Shown here in pieces: positions 9,182 through 18,612 of a stretch of 64,000 bases of DNA (positions within the stretch are counted from its first letter, which is position 1; each line of letters opens with the position of its first letter). The stretch covers positions 1 to 64,000 of the forward strand of contig JAVYWZ010000001.1 in the NCBI GenBank assembly GCA_038877255.1. Direction: 5' to 3'. The notes under the pieces were generated by a model that was not told the DNA's origin, searched no databases, and saw only the letters and a program-made list of their open reading frames with translations. This DNA is from Candidatus Micrarchaeaceae archaeon. Its GTDB lineage: Archaea; Micrarchaeota; Micrarchaeia; Micrarchaeales; CABMGC01. The position numbers were made by a program, and so were the translations under genes.

Positions 9182-9904
9182 GTGGTTGAAGAAGAACAGG
9201 AACCCAAGGTTTATGAAATAGAATTCCCTGGCACAGTTTCTAGCAGTATAGATTCAATAAGGACAAAGCTTTCACAGGTGCCTTTTTACGCGATAAACCA
9301 GAATGCTGATGAGCTGGATGTAGTGCATGTAGAGAGCAGGAACATAAGGAAAGAGCCCTTTCTCTTCTACGCAGTGAAAATAAAGAAAGACAGCCTGGTG
9401 CTTACCTATTCGATAGTGCCGAATACAAGCGAAACGCTTAGACGCGCAACTGTAATAAAGAACCTTACGGGCATGCTTGCAATTATCGCTGATGATTTCA
9501 AAATAGACGAGAATAAATTCTTTCAGTATATTGATTCCTCAATTGCGGAGCTGCTTGGAGGCCTTAACGAAAGCTACAGCTCGCTTTTCAACAAATATGA
9601 TGCGCTACTTAGCGAGTACGCTGAACTGAGGAAGCTCGCAAGCGAACTTACGGTTTCAAATCACAATCTTACAGTGCAGGCCGCTCAACTCAGTGAAGAA
9701 AATAAAACGCTGCAAGCGCAGCTAAACGCCCTGCAAACCTATTCTGATGAAGCCATTATGGCGATGGTCCAGGACTGGCTCGAAGTACATGACAGCACAA
9801 TAGACATAGGCGAGTTTTCGAAAACATACAAAATACCAGAGCCCCGCATAGAGCAGATACTCGACAAGATGGTAAGCCTTGGGTATCTGGAATTGAAAGG
9901 GTAA
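9182..9904 (+). CDS. Coiled-coil protein with C-terminal winged-helix-like domain
   Basis: GTG start after GAGGTG. Heptad region around aa 130-185. C-terminus IDIGEFSKTYKIPEPRIEQILDKMVSLGYLE. Confidence 0.65.
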   Translation: MVEEEQEPKVYEIEFPGTVSSSIDSIRTKLSQVPFYAINQNADELDVVHVESRNIRKEPFLFYAVKIKKDSLVLTYSIVPNTSETLRRATVIKNLTGMLAIIADDFKIDENKFFQYIDSSIAELLGGLNESYSSLFNKYDALLSEYAELRKLASELTVSNHNLTVQAAQLSEENKTLQAQLNALQTYSDEAIMAMVQDWLEVHDSTIDIGEFSKTYKIPEPRIEQILDKMVSLGYLELKG

Positions 9905-9913
9905 GGCGAGACT

Positions 9914-10069
9914 ATGATTTACACGGTTAGGATAAACAAAAAATATAACTATATAAAAGTTTACAAAATATTAAAACGAATAGGCGGCAATGAGAATAAA
10001 CTTTCAAAAGCGCTTGCAAACTGGATAGATAAGCTTGCAAGCAAGAAAGAGCAAACTGGTAGTTTGTAG
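9914..10069 (+). CDS. Small basic 51-aa protein (below the ORF-track cutoff)
   Basis: ATG...TAG frame MIYTVRINKKYNYIKVYKILKRIGGNENKLSKALANWIDKLASKKEQTGSL fills the gap, ending 1 nt before the next ATG. Confidence 0.45.
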   Translation: MIYTVRINKKYNYIKVYKILKRIGGNENKLSKALANWIDKLASKKEQTGSL

Positions 10070-10070
10070 T

Positions 10071-12401
10071 ATGCGCGGAAAGAAATTCATAATAACAGGA
10101 ATAGCACTTGTCGCATTTTTTCTAGTTCTTATTTTCGCAATAATTAGCGTTGCTAGGACAGCAATAAGAAGCATTTCAGTTTCACCGGCTCAGCCTGGCG
10201 CGCTGCATGCAACCGCAAGCGTTGTTTCCTCATCTTTTTTCGATTACAACAACAGCGCGCAGATTGCGGAATACGCGCTGATAGATTATTCGTTGCATAA
10301 TGCAAGCAAGGCGAACGCATCTATAAGCGTGTATACACAGAATCCCATCAGGCGCGTCTATCTGGTAAATACAAGCCAGTACTCGATAGATTCTTTTAAT
10401 GAACAGGCACTTTACGAAAATTTGACGAACACACTGAACAGGTTTGGCTTGCTTATTAATCAATCAAGCTTCGCATATGTGCCCATGCAGGACCTTCAGC
10501 AAATAAGCAACTCCATAATAATAATACAGTCGGGGCTCATGCCGCTGCCACTGCTTGAAAACTATTCGATAAGCATTTTCAGAATGCTTGATAAAGGCAA
10601 TACATTAATTTACATAGGCCGCAATTTCAGCAATGAAATAGACAGCTCAGGCATAATCTTCGTTACGCCTTCGAACGTCACCTCAAAGCTTGCTTCATAT
10701 GGCATAAGCACTGTGCCCGCAGTTGTAAATGCGAGCGTGAAATCTACATTTGGATTCAGCAAACCTACATTCTATTTCAGCAATGGCAACAGGCAAGGAA
10801 ACGTTGCATATGTTGGCGTTCACAATGGAACAATAATAGCGTTCTCAAATTATCCTACCGCTTCTTGGCGCAATGCCAGCGCCCTTGCAGAAAGCATAGC
10901 ATCCAGCATAGGCTCTGATTTCTGGATAAATAGAGTGGCATATGGCATGTTTAATATAAGCACGGCAAATGCATCAGGTGAGCTAGGCCTGTTTACCAAG
11001 CAGCAAAGCATAGCAATGCCCAACAACACTGCTGCTTTTGCTGAACTCAACGACACCTATTCGCTTGTGAGGCTTACGGCAAGTAATGCGACAGGCTTTT
11101 TATCAGTAACAGCGCCATTCGTAACTAGGTACTCGCTTTCCGGAACGTTGAGCATGCCTAGCGTTGTCAGCGATACGCAAAACATATCAATAGGAATAAA
11201 CACCACTAGCTCAAGCCAATCTCAGTTTCACATAGATGTTTTAAGCAGCAATATGAGCTATGTCACTTCCATAGGCATACTTCATTCATTTGTAGGACCT
11301 GTGCAGATAGTACTGACACAAAGCTTTTCGATTCCTTCTGGCACTTACATAGCGCTGCTAAGAAACCAAATGAATAAGAATTACACAGCCGCAATTTTCT
11401 CAGTAGCAAACCTGAGCGTAACACCTATTTCGCTGAATTTTAAGAATGGCACTTTTTCTTTCAGCGTTTACAGCGGTACATTTCCGGTAAATTCAAAGGC
11501 ACAGATAAGCTTTGACAATACATACAAGGAGATAGTGCCTGTAAGCGGAGGCGTGCTTGAATACAACTTGCCAAAGGGTACAATAATAAGCTATGGCACG
11601 CAGACGTTTGATATACTGATATTTGGGCAGAGGCTAAACTACACCGCGACTTACGCTAAGGAGATACTGCACATACCCACATTTTACATAGAAATAGGAG
11701 TAGTACTGCTTGCTATACTGTTGCTCAACATTGTACTCAAGCCGCCAAACCGGGATGAGTATTACATAGACGTGCCTACATTCATACCCGAAAAACAAGA
11801 AGTGATGAAAATAAAGCAGGCAGATTTGTTGAGCGTCTTCGAAAAAGTAAATTATTACTACCACTGGTCGTTCATGCCGCTTACCATAGACGAATTCAAG
11901 AATGGCATTTCTAGTTATATACGCTACAACAACATGCCTGTTTCGGTAACTACGCAGAATGCGCAACTTCTTATAGATTTGCTGACAAAATCAGGAAGCG
12001 TCGTTGAGAAATCTGGGTACTATGCGCTCTCCTCTTGGCTTTCAATATCGAAGCACGATATGGAATATCTTGTCACGTTCAGGGCGTTAAGAGATTACTG
12101 CGTAGAGCATGCAATACTTTTCACAGAGCTAAATGCTGATCCAAATGCAGACATGCTAATAACAAAGAAGGGCAGGCAGGCCAAGGTCATGATATACTCT
12201 AGCGAAGGCGGGATACGAAAGTTTGAGATCGACAAAAATGACAGCATTTTTATAGCGTTCGTAAGTAGCGAGGCAAAGGCAGAGTTCAAAAACAGGCTTT
12301 ATGATTCATTTACCAAAACTGCAGAGGTACTTAAAATAGCAATTCAATACGGGCACGTAAAGCTCGTAAGCATAGACGATCTGAGCGGGCTCATGCCGTG
12401 A
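10071..12401 (+). CDS. Large membrane protein: extracellular glycoprotein domain, TM helix, cytoplasmic wHTH-like and alpha/beta domain
   Basis: N-terminal TM, ~500-aa sequon-rich region, second TM (FYIEIGVVLLAILLLNIVL), then PLTIDEF...LLIDLLTKSGSVVEKSGYY. Confidence 0.65.
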   Translation: MRGKKFIITGIALVAFFLVLIFAIISVARTAIRSISVSPAQPGALHATASVVSSSFFDYNNSAQIAEYALIDYSLHNASKANASISVYTQNPIRRVYLVNTSQYSIDSFNEQALYENLTNTLNRFGLLINQSSFAYVPMQDLQQISNSIIIIQSGLMPLPLLENYSISIFRMLDKGNTLIYIGRNFSNEIDSSGIIFVTPSNVTSKLASYGISTVPAVVNASVKSTFGFSKPTFYFSNGNRQGNVAYVGVHNGTIIAFSNYPTASWRNASALAESIASSIGSDFWINRVAYGMFNISTANASGELGLFTKQQSIAMPNNTAAFAELNDTYSLVRLTASNATGFLSVTAPFVTRYSLSGTLSMPSVVSDTQNISIGINTTSSSQSQFHIDVLSSNMSYVTSIGILHSFVGPVQIVLTQSFSIPSGTYIALLRNQMNKNYTAAIFSVANLSVTPISLNFKNGTFSFSVYSGTFPVNSKAQISFDNTYKEIVPVSGGVLEYNLPKGTIISYGTQTFDILIFGQRLNYTATYAKEILHIPTFYIEIGVVLLAILLLNIVLKPPNRDEYYIDVPTFIPEKQEVMKIKQADLLSVFEKVNYYYHWSFMPLTIDEFKNGISSYIRYNNMPVSVTTQNAQLLIDLLTKSGSVVEKSGYYALSSWLSISKHDMEYLVTFRALRDYCVEHAILFTELNADPNADMLITKKGRQAKVMIYSSEGGIRKFEIDKNDSIFIAFVSSEAKAEFKNRLYDSFTKTAEVLKIAIQYGHVKLVSIDDLSGLMP

Positions 12402-12424
12402 CTTTGTAGCGCAAAACTAGCGCA

Positions 12425-12940
12425 TTACCACGGCACTTTTTTTATTTTAAGTCTGTATGCTGCCTTATTTGTCATTATGTGGAGAAGACCTGTTAGCGCA
12501 ATAAGGAACAAAATGCCTATGACATCAGGCAGATGCCTCGCAGGAAAGGCAAACGCTAGCGCGAAAACAAAGAATAAATATTGATCTAGAATCGGCATGC
12601 TTGCGCCTTCCGCAATACCCGTTTGCCTCTTCGCAAAGCTACCCAATAAATCGCCTGCGTGTGCGCCAAGCGTAAGCAATACTCCAGTCAAAAGCAGGTA
12701 TGGCAGAAAAAGTGATTCTAAGAACGCTATGAAAAATCCGCTTAGGAGACCAGCTACAAGTCCTCGCACAGTTTTATGATCGCCGAAGATGCGCTTGCCA
12801 AAAATTTTCCTTTTGAAATCTAATGGCATGCCGCCTCCAAACAAGACCGGTGCGCCATTGGCAACGTATGCTGGCAGAATAAACAATATAGGATATGCAA
12901 TATAAGAATAAAGCGCATTATAAAGCATACATCGCACCAA
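12425..12940 (-). CDS. carS: CDP-archaeol synthase
   Basis: LPAYVANGAPVLFGGGMPLD, RIFGDHKTVRG, GDLLGSFAKRQ, PILDQ, IKKVPW. Confidence 0.93.
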   Translation of the reverse strand: MVRCMLYNALYSYIAYPILFILPAYVANGAPVLFGGGMPLDFKRKIFGKRIFGDHKTVRGLVAGLLSGFFIAFLESLFLPYLLLTGVLLTLGAHAGDLLGSFAKRQTGIAEGASMPILDQYLFFVFALAFAFPARHLPDVIGILFLIALTGLLHIMTNKAAYRLKIKKVPW

Positions 12941-12947
12941 AACAAAA

Positions 12948-15611
12948 CTAGCTTATCTTTCCTTCGGCAAACTTTTCGTTGCCGCCCCCTTTGAAATTTG
13001 CGAATTTACTCTTGACGAATTCAAGCGCACTCTTGTTTGAACCGCTGCCTGCTATGCATACTACATTGCCATCATTATTTTTAAGCAGCACGATAGCGTT
13101 GTCTCTGCGCGACATCTCGTCTGCAATTTTTACAAGAAGCTTTGCCGGCAAATCAAGCTCCAGCATTATTTCTTTCTTTCCGGCGTATGCCTCTGCAATA
13201 GCCTTGGCAAGTACTGAGCTGCTGGCCTCTTGCTGCTTCAGCACCCGTGAATTGGCCAAAAGAAGCTCGTTAAGCTTCTTCTCTGCATTTTCCACATCAG
13301 CATTCAAAGTGCCTGCAATATGCGATAATACAGAATGCTCCTTTTGAAAATACTCAACGGCAGATTTGCCTGCAACAAATTCTATCCTATCAACACCGTC
13401 ATGTATTCGGTAGCTATTTATTATTTTTATCGAACCGATCAAGAACTCCCTATTTACGGCGTGAAGCCCGCCACACGCCTCTGCATCGATAAGCTCGCCG
13501 CTGAGCGACCGTATCGTTATTATGCGCATCTCTTTTGCCGGCACGCCATGCCCTTGGTATATGGAAAAGCCGTACTTGCTTTCGGCATCGCCCCTGCTCA
13601 TCACATTCGCCTCTACCTTTATTCCTGAAAGCAGCCAGGCATTTGCTTGCTGTTCTATCTTCTTAAGCTCATCTTCGCTGAGCCTTTCGTAGTGCGCTAT
13701 ATCTATATGCGCCTTTTCAGGCTCTTTTTTGGCTCCTTCCTGCCAAGCGTGATTACCAAGAATTTTCCTTGCTGCTGCGCTTATCAAGTGCGTTGCGGTA
13801 TGATGCGCTATGAGCCTGTTGCGCCTATCCGCATCAACAACAGCATTTACAGAAGCGCCGATTTCAAAGCGCTTTTCAGCTCCAAGTACATGAACTATCA
13901 CGTCGCCTATTTTCTGCACATCTACTACTTTTGCACCATCTATTGTGCCTGTATCAGCAACCTGACCGCCTCCTTCGGGATAGAATGGAGTCTGGTCCAA
14001 CACTACAAACCTGCCTTTTGAATAAAGCACTTTTGCTTTTGATGAAATGGCAAACTCGTAATAAAGCTGCTTAGTGGCATGCAGTTTTGAAATATCGTTG
14101 ATTATAGAATCTAACGCAGCCTTTGAAGCCTTTTCTTTCTTGACTATGTCTCCAATAAGTATATCGGCATATGCGCTTTCAGGGATTTTTATGTTAACCT
14201 TTTTCTCTGCAGCAACCTGCTCAAGCAACTCCGGGGTTACGCCATTGCTTTCATAAAGTCGTTTTATCTCTTTCTTACCAATCTCTTGCTCTTTGGCAAG
14301 CGTGGCTTCTGCAATCTTGCGCGCCTCGGCAATGGTCTTTTCGTAGCGTTTGCTTTCAACCTCTATTACTTTCCTGAAAGTGTCGATACTTTCATTAAGC
14401 TCCGGGTATATACCATTAAGCTCTTTTGCAAGCAATTCTGCAATTTCATCTAGCTCCATCTTTATTCCATACGCTTTCTTGAAATCTAATGCCCTTCGCA
14501 ATATTACGCGAAGATTGTAGCCGCCGCCAATATTAGAGGGCAACGCGCCGTCTGTTATCGCAAATAGCAGCGTTTTGACATGATCTATTATTGCGTATAC
14601 GCCCTGGGCAGGCTTTATCTCGCGTTCGTACTGCTCTTTTGTTACGCCAGCATTATTGAGCATGCTGCTTATTTTATCTTTTATGTCCTGCGTCTCGGTA
14701 AAGTCTATGGATCCGAAAAGCCCAGCAACCCTCTTGTAAAGCTTTGTATTTATTTCTATATTGCTCGCACTTGCAACACGCGCTACTGTGTTGTGAAATG
14801 CTGCTTCGTAAGCGGTATCATAACCTGTGTAGAACCATAAAGCCCTTTCAAAGCCCCACCCAACATCTATTGCCTTGCTCTTCAACTCCCTTGTTTGATT
14901 ATCAACATACTCAAATTCTGTAAATACACTATTTACTATTTCAAGCCCCTTTGCAAACGTTTCAAGACTAGGCCCAAACTCTGAAAAGTCAGGCATCGCC
15001 CACACGTCCTCATTATAAATTATGTCTTCTTTTTTCACACCAAGAACATTTGTCATAAGCCCGAAGTTTAGCTCAATCGTTCTGTCTTTCCAATAGCCTT
15101 CCTTGGGCCAGTTGAACGCGGTCTGGTTGGCCATCATAAACGAGGTGAAATGCCTGCCTGTAACGCCCACGTTCTCTATATCATTGAAGCGAAGGCACAT
15201 CTGAGGAACAAGTAAAGGATTTGCAGGGTATTCAAAGCCCATGACGCCATTTTCTATGCGCTGGAAATCTTGTATGCCTGCTATAGTAAAGTAAAGGTCC
15301 TGACGCCAGCGGCTTACCACAGGATACCTGTTTATTATAGCATGGCCGTTAGATTCAAAGAATCTGCTAAATTTTTTCCAAAAATCAACATAAGAGATTG
15401 CTTCAGGCTTTTCCTTGAAGAAACCATACGGCGTGTGCGAAGAATCGCTGCATGTTTCTCTGTTCGGGTCTGCAGTCCAGAAATATCTGCCACAGAGTTT
15501 GCATCTTTTTCTTTCGAAGCCTTGCTCATCAAACAATTTTACTTTATAATATTTTTCATAATTCTTGCTAAAGTCGTCCTTGAGCAGATTCTTACTCATT
15601 TCAACCGGCAT
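12948..15611 (-). CDS. alaS: Alanine--tRNA ligase (archaeal type)
   Basis: CKLCGRYFWT, RWRQDLYFTIAGIQDFQ, TGRHFTSF, DVGWGFER, editing HHTATH and ACGGLH, GGG tail. Confidence 0.97.
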   Translation of the reverse strand: MPVEMSKNLLKDDFSKNYEKYYKVKLFDEQGFERKRCKLCGRYFWTADPNRETCSDSSHTPYGFFKEKPEAISYVDFWKKFSRFFESNGHAIINRYPVVSRWRQDLYFTIAGIQDFQRIENGVMGFEYPANPLLVPQMCLRFNDIENVGVTGRHFTSFMMANQTAFNWPKEGYWKDRTIELNFGLMTNVLGVKKEDIIYNEDVWAMPDFSEFGPSLETFAKGLEIVNSVFTEFEYVDNQTRELKSKAIDVGWGFERALWFYTGYDTAYEAAFHNTVARVASASNIEINTKLYKRVAGLFGSIDFTETQDIKDKISSMLNNAGVTKEQYEREIKPAQGVYAIIDHVKTLLFAITDGALPSNIGGGYNLRVILRRALDFKKAYGIKMELDEIAELLAKELNGIYPELNESIDTFRKVIEVESKRYEKTIAEARKIAEATLAKEQEIGKKEIKRLYESNGVTPELLEQVAAEKKVNIKIPESAYADILIGDIVKKEKASKAALDSIINDISKLHATKQLYYEFAISSKAKVLYSKGRFVVLDQTPFYPEGGGQVADTGTIDGAKVVDVQKIGDVIVHVLGAEKRFEIGASVNAVVDADRRNRLIAHHTATHLISAAARKILGNHAWQEGAKKEPEKAHIDIAHYERLSEDELKKIEQQANAWLLSGIKVEANVMSRGDAESKYGFSIYQGHGVPAKEMRIITIRSLSGELIDAEACGGLHAVNREFLIGSIKIINSYRIHDGVDRIEFVAGKSAVEYFQKEHSVLSHIAGTLNADVENAEKKLNELLLANSRVLKQQEASSSVLAKAIAEAYAGKKEIMLELDLPAKLLVKIADEMSRRDNAIVLLKNNDGNVVCIAGSGSNKSALEFVKSKFANFKGGGNEKFAEGKIS

Positions 15612-15625
15612 TCAAACACCAAATA

Positions 15626-16504
15626 TTATTTATTTTTCCACCACACTGTGCATTCCTTGCCAAAAAACTTGCAAAGATTGCATTTCCAAGCTTCGTCCTT
15701 GTTTACTGGCAGAGCAGGGCGAGCCCCATTCCAGTACTGCAAGGCAAAAGCTATGTCATTGTTTATTTTTTTCTCATCGTAATTTATTATTATGCTACCT
15801 GCCTTGTTGCCTGTGAACCTGTCCAAATATACGATTTCGAGCACTCTGCTTATCTCTGGCAGCGAATGCAATTCATAGAAAAGCAGCTCGTAGATTTTTC
15901 CTATGTCAGCAAACTCCTCTTTGACGCCAATTGCGTGCAAACCCCTCAAAAAAGCATTAGAGAGATGCATTGTGTTTGCTTTATACGCATATGTGAAATT
16001 ATAAAGAGTGTAGATTCCTTTCCTCAAATCATCAAGCAGCCTCTTATATAGCATTATTTGCACAATATGCGGTCTAGCAGAAACAGAATCAATTTTTAGT
16101 GCAATGCCATTCTGCTGAACAGTTTTAAGCTCTATTATGCGAACTTCGCCTTTTTCAATCTTTAGCTCGTCTATCTGCCCTGCGATCTTGTAGCCATTAA
16201 GCGAGCCGTAGATGTGCAGTTCTCTGCAAACGCCTTTCTGCTTAAGCGTTTTAAGCGCCATGTAATTCTCATAGCCAGTCTTGTAGATAAAGTCAGCATA
16301 TGTAACTGGCTCTACATTAAGAGGCACAAAAACTTCTGCCTGAAGGTCTGCATGCAGCTGCTTGCCCCTGCGCATTGCCTCGGTGTATTTTTTACCGAAC
16401 AGGTAATTAAGCTCCATTTGTTTTTCACACCAAAACTGGCTCGCTATATCTGTTACTGAAATGCTTGATTTGCCTAGCCTTTTCAGCGCACTTTTTTCTT
16501 CCAT
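15626..16504 (-). CDS. Exonuclease V (Exo5)/Cas4-like PD-(D/E)xK nuclease with 4Fe-4S staple
   Basis: SVTDIASQFWCEKQ, G..LH, GQIDEL, IIELKT, QIMLY, C-terminal KCNLCKFFGKEC. Confidence 0.85.
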   Translation of the reverse strand: MEEKSALKRLGKSSISVTDIASQFWCEKQMELNYLFGKKYTEAMRRGKQLHADLQAEVFVPLNVEPVTYADFIYKTGYENYMALKTLKQKGVCRELHIYGSLNGYKIAGQIDELKIEKGEVRIIELKTVQQNGIALKIDSVSARPHIVQIMLYKRLLDDLRKGIYTLYNFTYAYKANTMHLSNAFLRGLHAIGVKEEFADIGKIYELLFYELHSLPEISRVLEIVYLDRFTGNKAGSIIINYDEKKINNDIAFALQYWNGARPALPVNKDEAWKCNLCKFFGKECTVWWKNK

Positions 16505-16505
16505 A

Positions 16506-17615
16506 TCATATCGCTCTCAAAAGCCCCGATGATTTGGTAGCACCGCCTATAAATTCTGAAATTATCATTATACTCTCATATACTATTGCTATAATCAGCG
16601 CAGGATAGAAAAGTATACTCATCCAATAGGCGCCCATGCCCTGCTGTATGTTCTTTATGGCTAGAACAAGCGGGCTTGATGGGCTTATCGCGTTAGATAT
16701 ACTTGAACTTCCCTGGCCGTTTGCCGCAATAGCCTGTGCGCCCGAATACAGCACGGCCAACGAACTCGAGCTTGTGAAGTAAAAAGCAACGGCAAAAAGC
16801 ACAGGCATCAGGAAGTAGAATCCTATTGCTATCGCCATCATCATGCCGCCAATGCTCCTTGTAGGAAATATTGCACGCAGGATTATTCCCGGTATGAGGA
16901 ATACAGGTATGCTCGCATACATGAAGAACAGTATCATGTAAAATTCGCTATAAAGCAAAAGCAACGCCTCGAGCACTATTGAGGAGATTGCGGCTACAGG
17001 AAGAAGGTAATAAACGGTTATAGGCAATGACCATAGCATAGAAATAGGAATCACGAAAGTTCCAACAGTTATCTTCAAGGTCAGGCTAGCGTAGAAGCTG
17101 CCTATCATATATGAATTGAACATTATTTTCTGTAGGTATATTGTCTGGTTTATATTTTTGCCTATATATGTAAGCGCAGTCGTATATGGATTTATGTTAC
17201 CTGTAGTTATTGCAGGCAGTATCCCGAACATAGTTGCAGAAATGAATAGGAACATGGCAACAATTATCATTGTTGCAACTGACTCGTATATTTCGCCTAT
17301 GCCAAATTCTTTTATTTTGCTGTTCTTGGATGCAACCCCTATTGTGAATATTATAACTGCAAGCATGAACGATGCCAACACTACTAATATTGCAATAGGC
17401 TCCCACTTGGCCCATATTGCCGCAGCAGCTTGGTTTATTTGGTTACAGTACCATGGTGCGACTGCCTGAGCAATCTCAGGGCACGAAGACACAGTAGGCG
17501 AAACCCCGGCTGCGCTGCCCCCATTGGAATTGATAATTGGGCGTGCATAAACAATGCCGGCGCCAATAATGAATAATATAAGTACGAAGACAGCAACATG
17601 TTTTGCTTTTATCAT
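16506..17615 (-). CDS. CedA/TedA/VirB6-like polytopic membrane protein (paralog 6)
   Basis: KIKEFGIGEIYESVATMII; PGIILRAIFPTRSIGGMMMAIAIGFYFLMP; C-terminal ISEFIGG. Confidence 0.65.
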   Translation of the reverse strand: MIKAKHVAVFVLILFIIGAGIVYARPIINSNGGSAAGVSPTVSSCPEIAQAVAPWYCNQINQAAAAIWAKWEPIAILVVLASFMLAVIIFTIGVASKNSKIKEFGIGEIYESVATMIIVAMFLFISATMFGILPAITTGNINPYTTALTYIGKNINQTIYLQKIMFNSYMIGSFYASLTLKITVGTFVIPISMLWSLPITVYYLLPVAAISSIVLEALLLLYSEFYMILFFMYASIPVFLIPGIILRAIFPTRSIGGMMMAIAIGFYFLMPVLFAVAFYFTSSSSLAVLYSGAQAIAANGQGSSSISNAISPSSPLVLAIKNIQQGMGAYWMSILFYPALIIAIVYESIMIISEFIGGATKSSGLLRAI

Positions 17616-17622
17616 AATATCA

Positions 17623-18612
17623 CTATATCAATCTTGTCAAAATGCTCATGAAATCCATTCTTTCGCCTATCGCCTGCGAAAAGTCGCGTATGAACACATC
17701 TAAAATAGTTAATATGAACATAGGCATAAAAACAAAGCCTGCAATCACGTACCCGACAAATTCTATAACAAGATAAATTCCAGTAATAGCTGGTAAAACC
17801 CCTGTGATTGGGTACATAATAAAACCAAGCACCAAAGTTATAGGGTTTGAAGACTCTATGAAAGAAAGCATTGCAGCAGCCGCTTTGCTTGAAATGGTGG
17901 CTCCTATAAAGCCATAACCTATCGAAACCAGCAGCGGAAACAATATTCCTATTCCTATGCCAAATGCTATCATGGCTCCGCCAAATGTCCTTGTAATAAC
18001 AAACATGCGCGAAATCAACCCGATAGCCATAAATACTGCAAAAAGCAGCAAAGAAACGGAAAGCAACAAAAGAAGAACGTCGCTGAGCATATAGAAAACG
18101 AAAATCAGACTCAGCTCTGTAAAGTCTATTCCGAAACTTGTTGCAAGACCTTCTATCACAGTAGAAAAGCTAACATAATATAAGTTTGCGCTAATTGGAA
18201 CAGAGAATATTGACGGTATAAGAAGTATATACGCCAAGTAGTTCAAATCAGAGAGATAGCCATTAAACGTATTAAGATCGCACATTGCAAGCGAATAGAT
18301 GTCAAAGTTATTAGTGCACGAATAAGGCGAGACGCTATGAAGCAGGCTGCCAAAATTTATGCTAGTAAACAGCGCCATGAATGCAAAGAAAATAAAGACA
18401 AGAGCGATTGAAAACATTACTTCATAAATCTTTATTTTCGCCCATGCGCGCAGATCAGTTCTGCCAAGCATTGGGCTTAATGCATAAATAACAGAGAGTA
18501 TGCTGATTACTGCAAGCGCTCCGACAAGAGCCACAGGGAACCACACATATGCTGGCGAAGTTATTGTGCCGTAAATATTAAACAAGAGCGATGGGATTGC
18601 AAACATAATCAT
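17623..18612 (-). CDS. CedA/TedA/VirB6-like polytopic membrane protein (paralog 5)
   Basis: DLRAWAKIKIYEVMFS; GLISRMFVITRTFGGAMIAFGIGIGILFP; FSQAIGE. Confidence 0.65.
   Translation of the reverse strand: MIMFAIPSLLFNIYGTITSPAYVWFPVALVGALAVISILSVIYALSPMLGRTDLRAWAKIKIYEVMFSIALVFIFFAFMALFTSINFGSLLHSVSPYSCTNNFDIYSLAMCDLNTFNGYLSDLNYLAYILLIPSIFSVPISANLYYVSFSTVIEGLATSFGIDFTELSLIFVFYMLSDVLLLLLSVSLLLFAVFMAIGLISRMFVITRTFGGAMIAFGIGIGILFPLLVSIGYGFIGATISSKAAAAMLSFIESSNPITLVLGFIMYPITGVLPAITGIYLVIEFVGYVIAGFVFMPMFILTILDVFIRDFSQAIGERMDFMSILTRLI

Noticed and set aside
15626..16504. CRISPR-Cas locus suggested by the Cas4-like nuclease
   Set aside because: No regularly spaced repeat-spacer array and no cas1/cas2 or effector gene seen in the window; the motifs fit a solo Exo5/Cas4-like protein.
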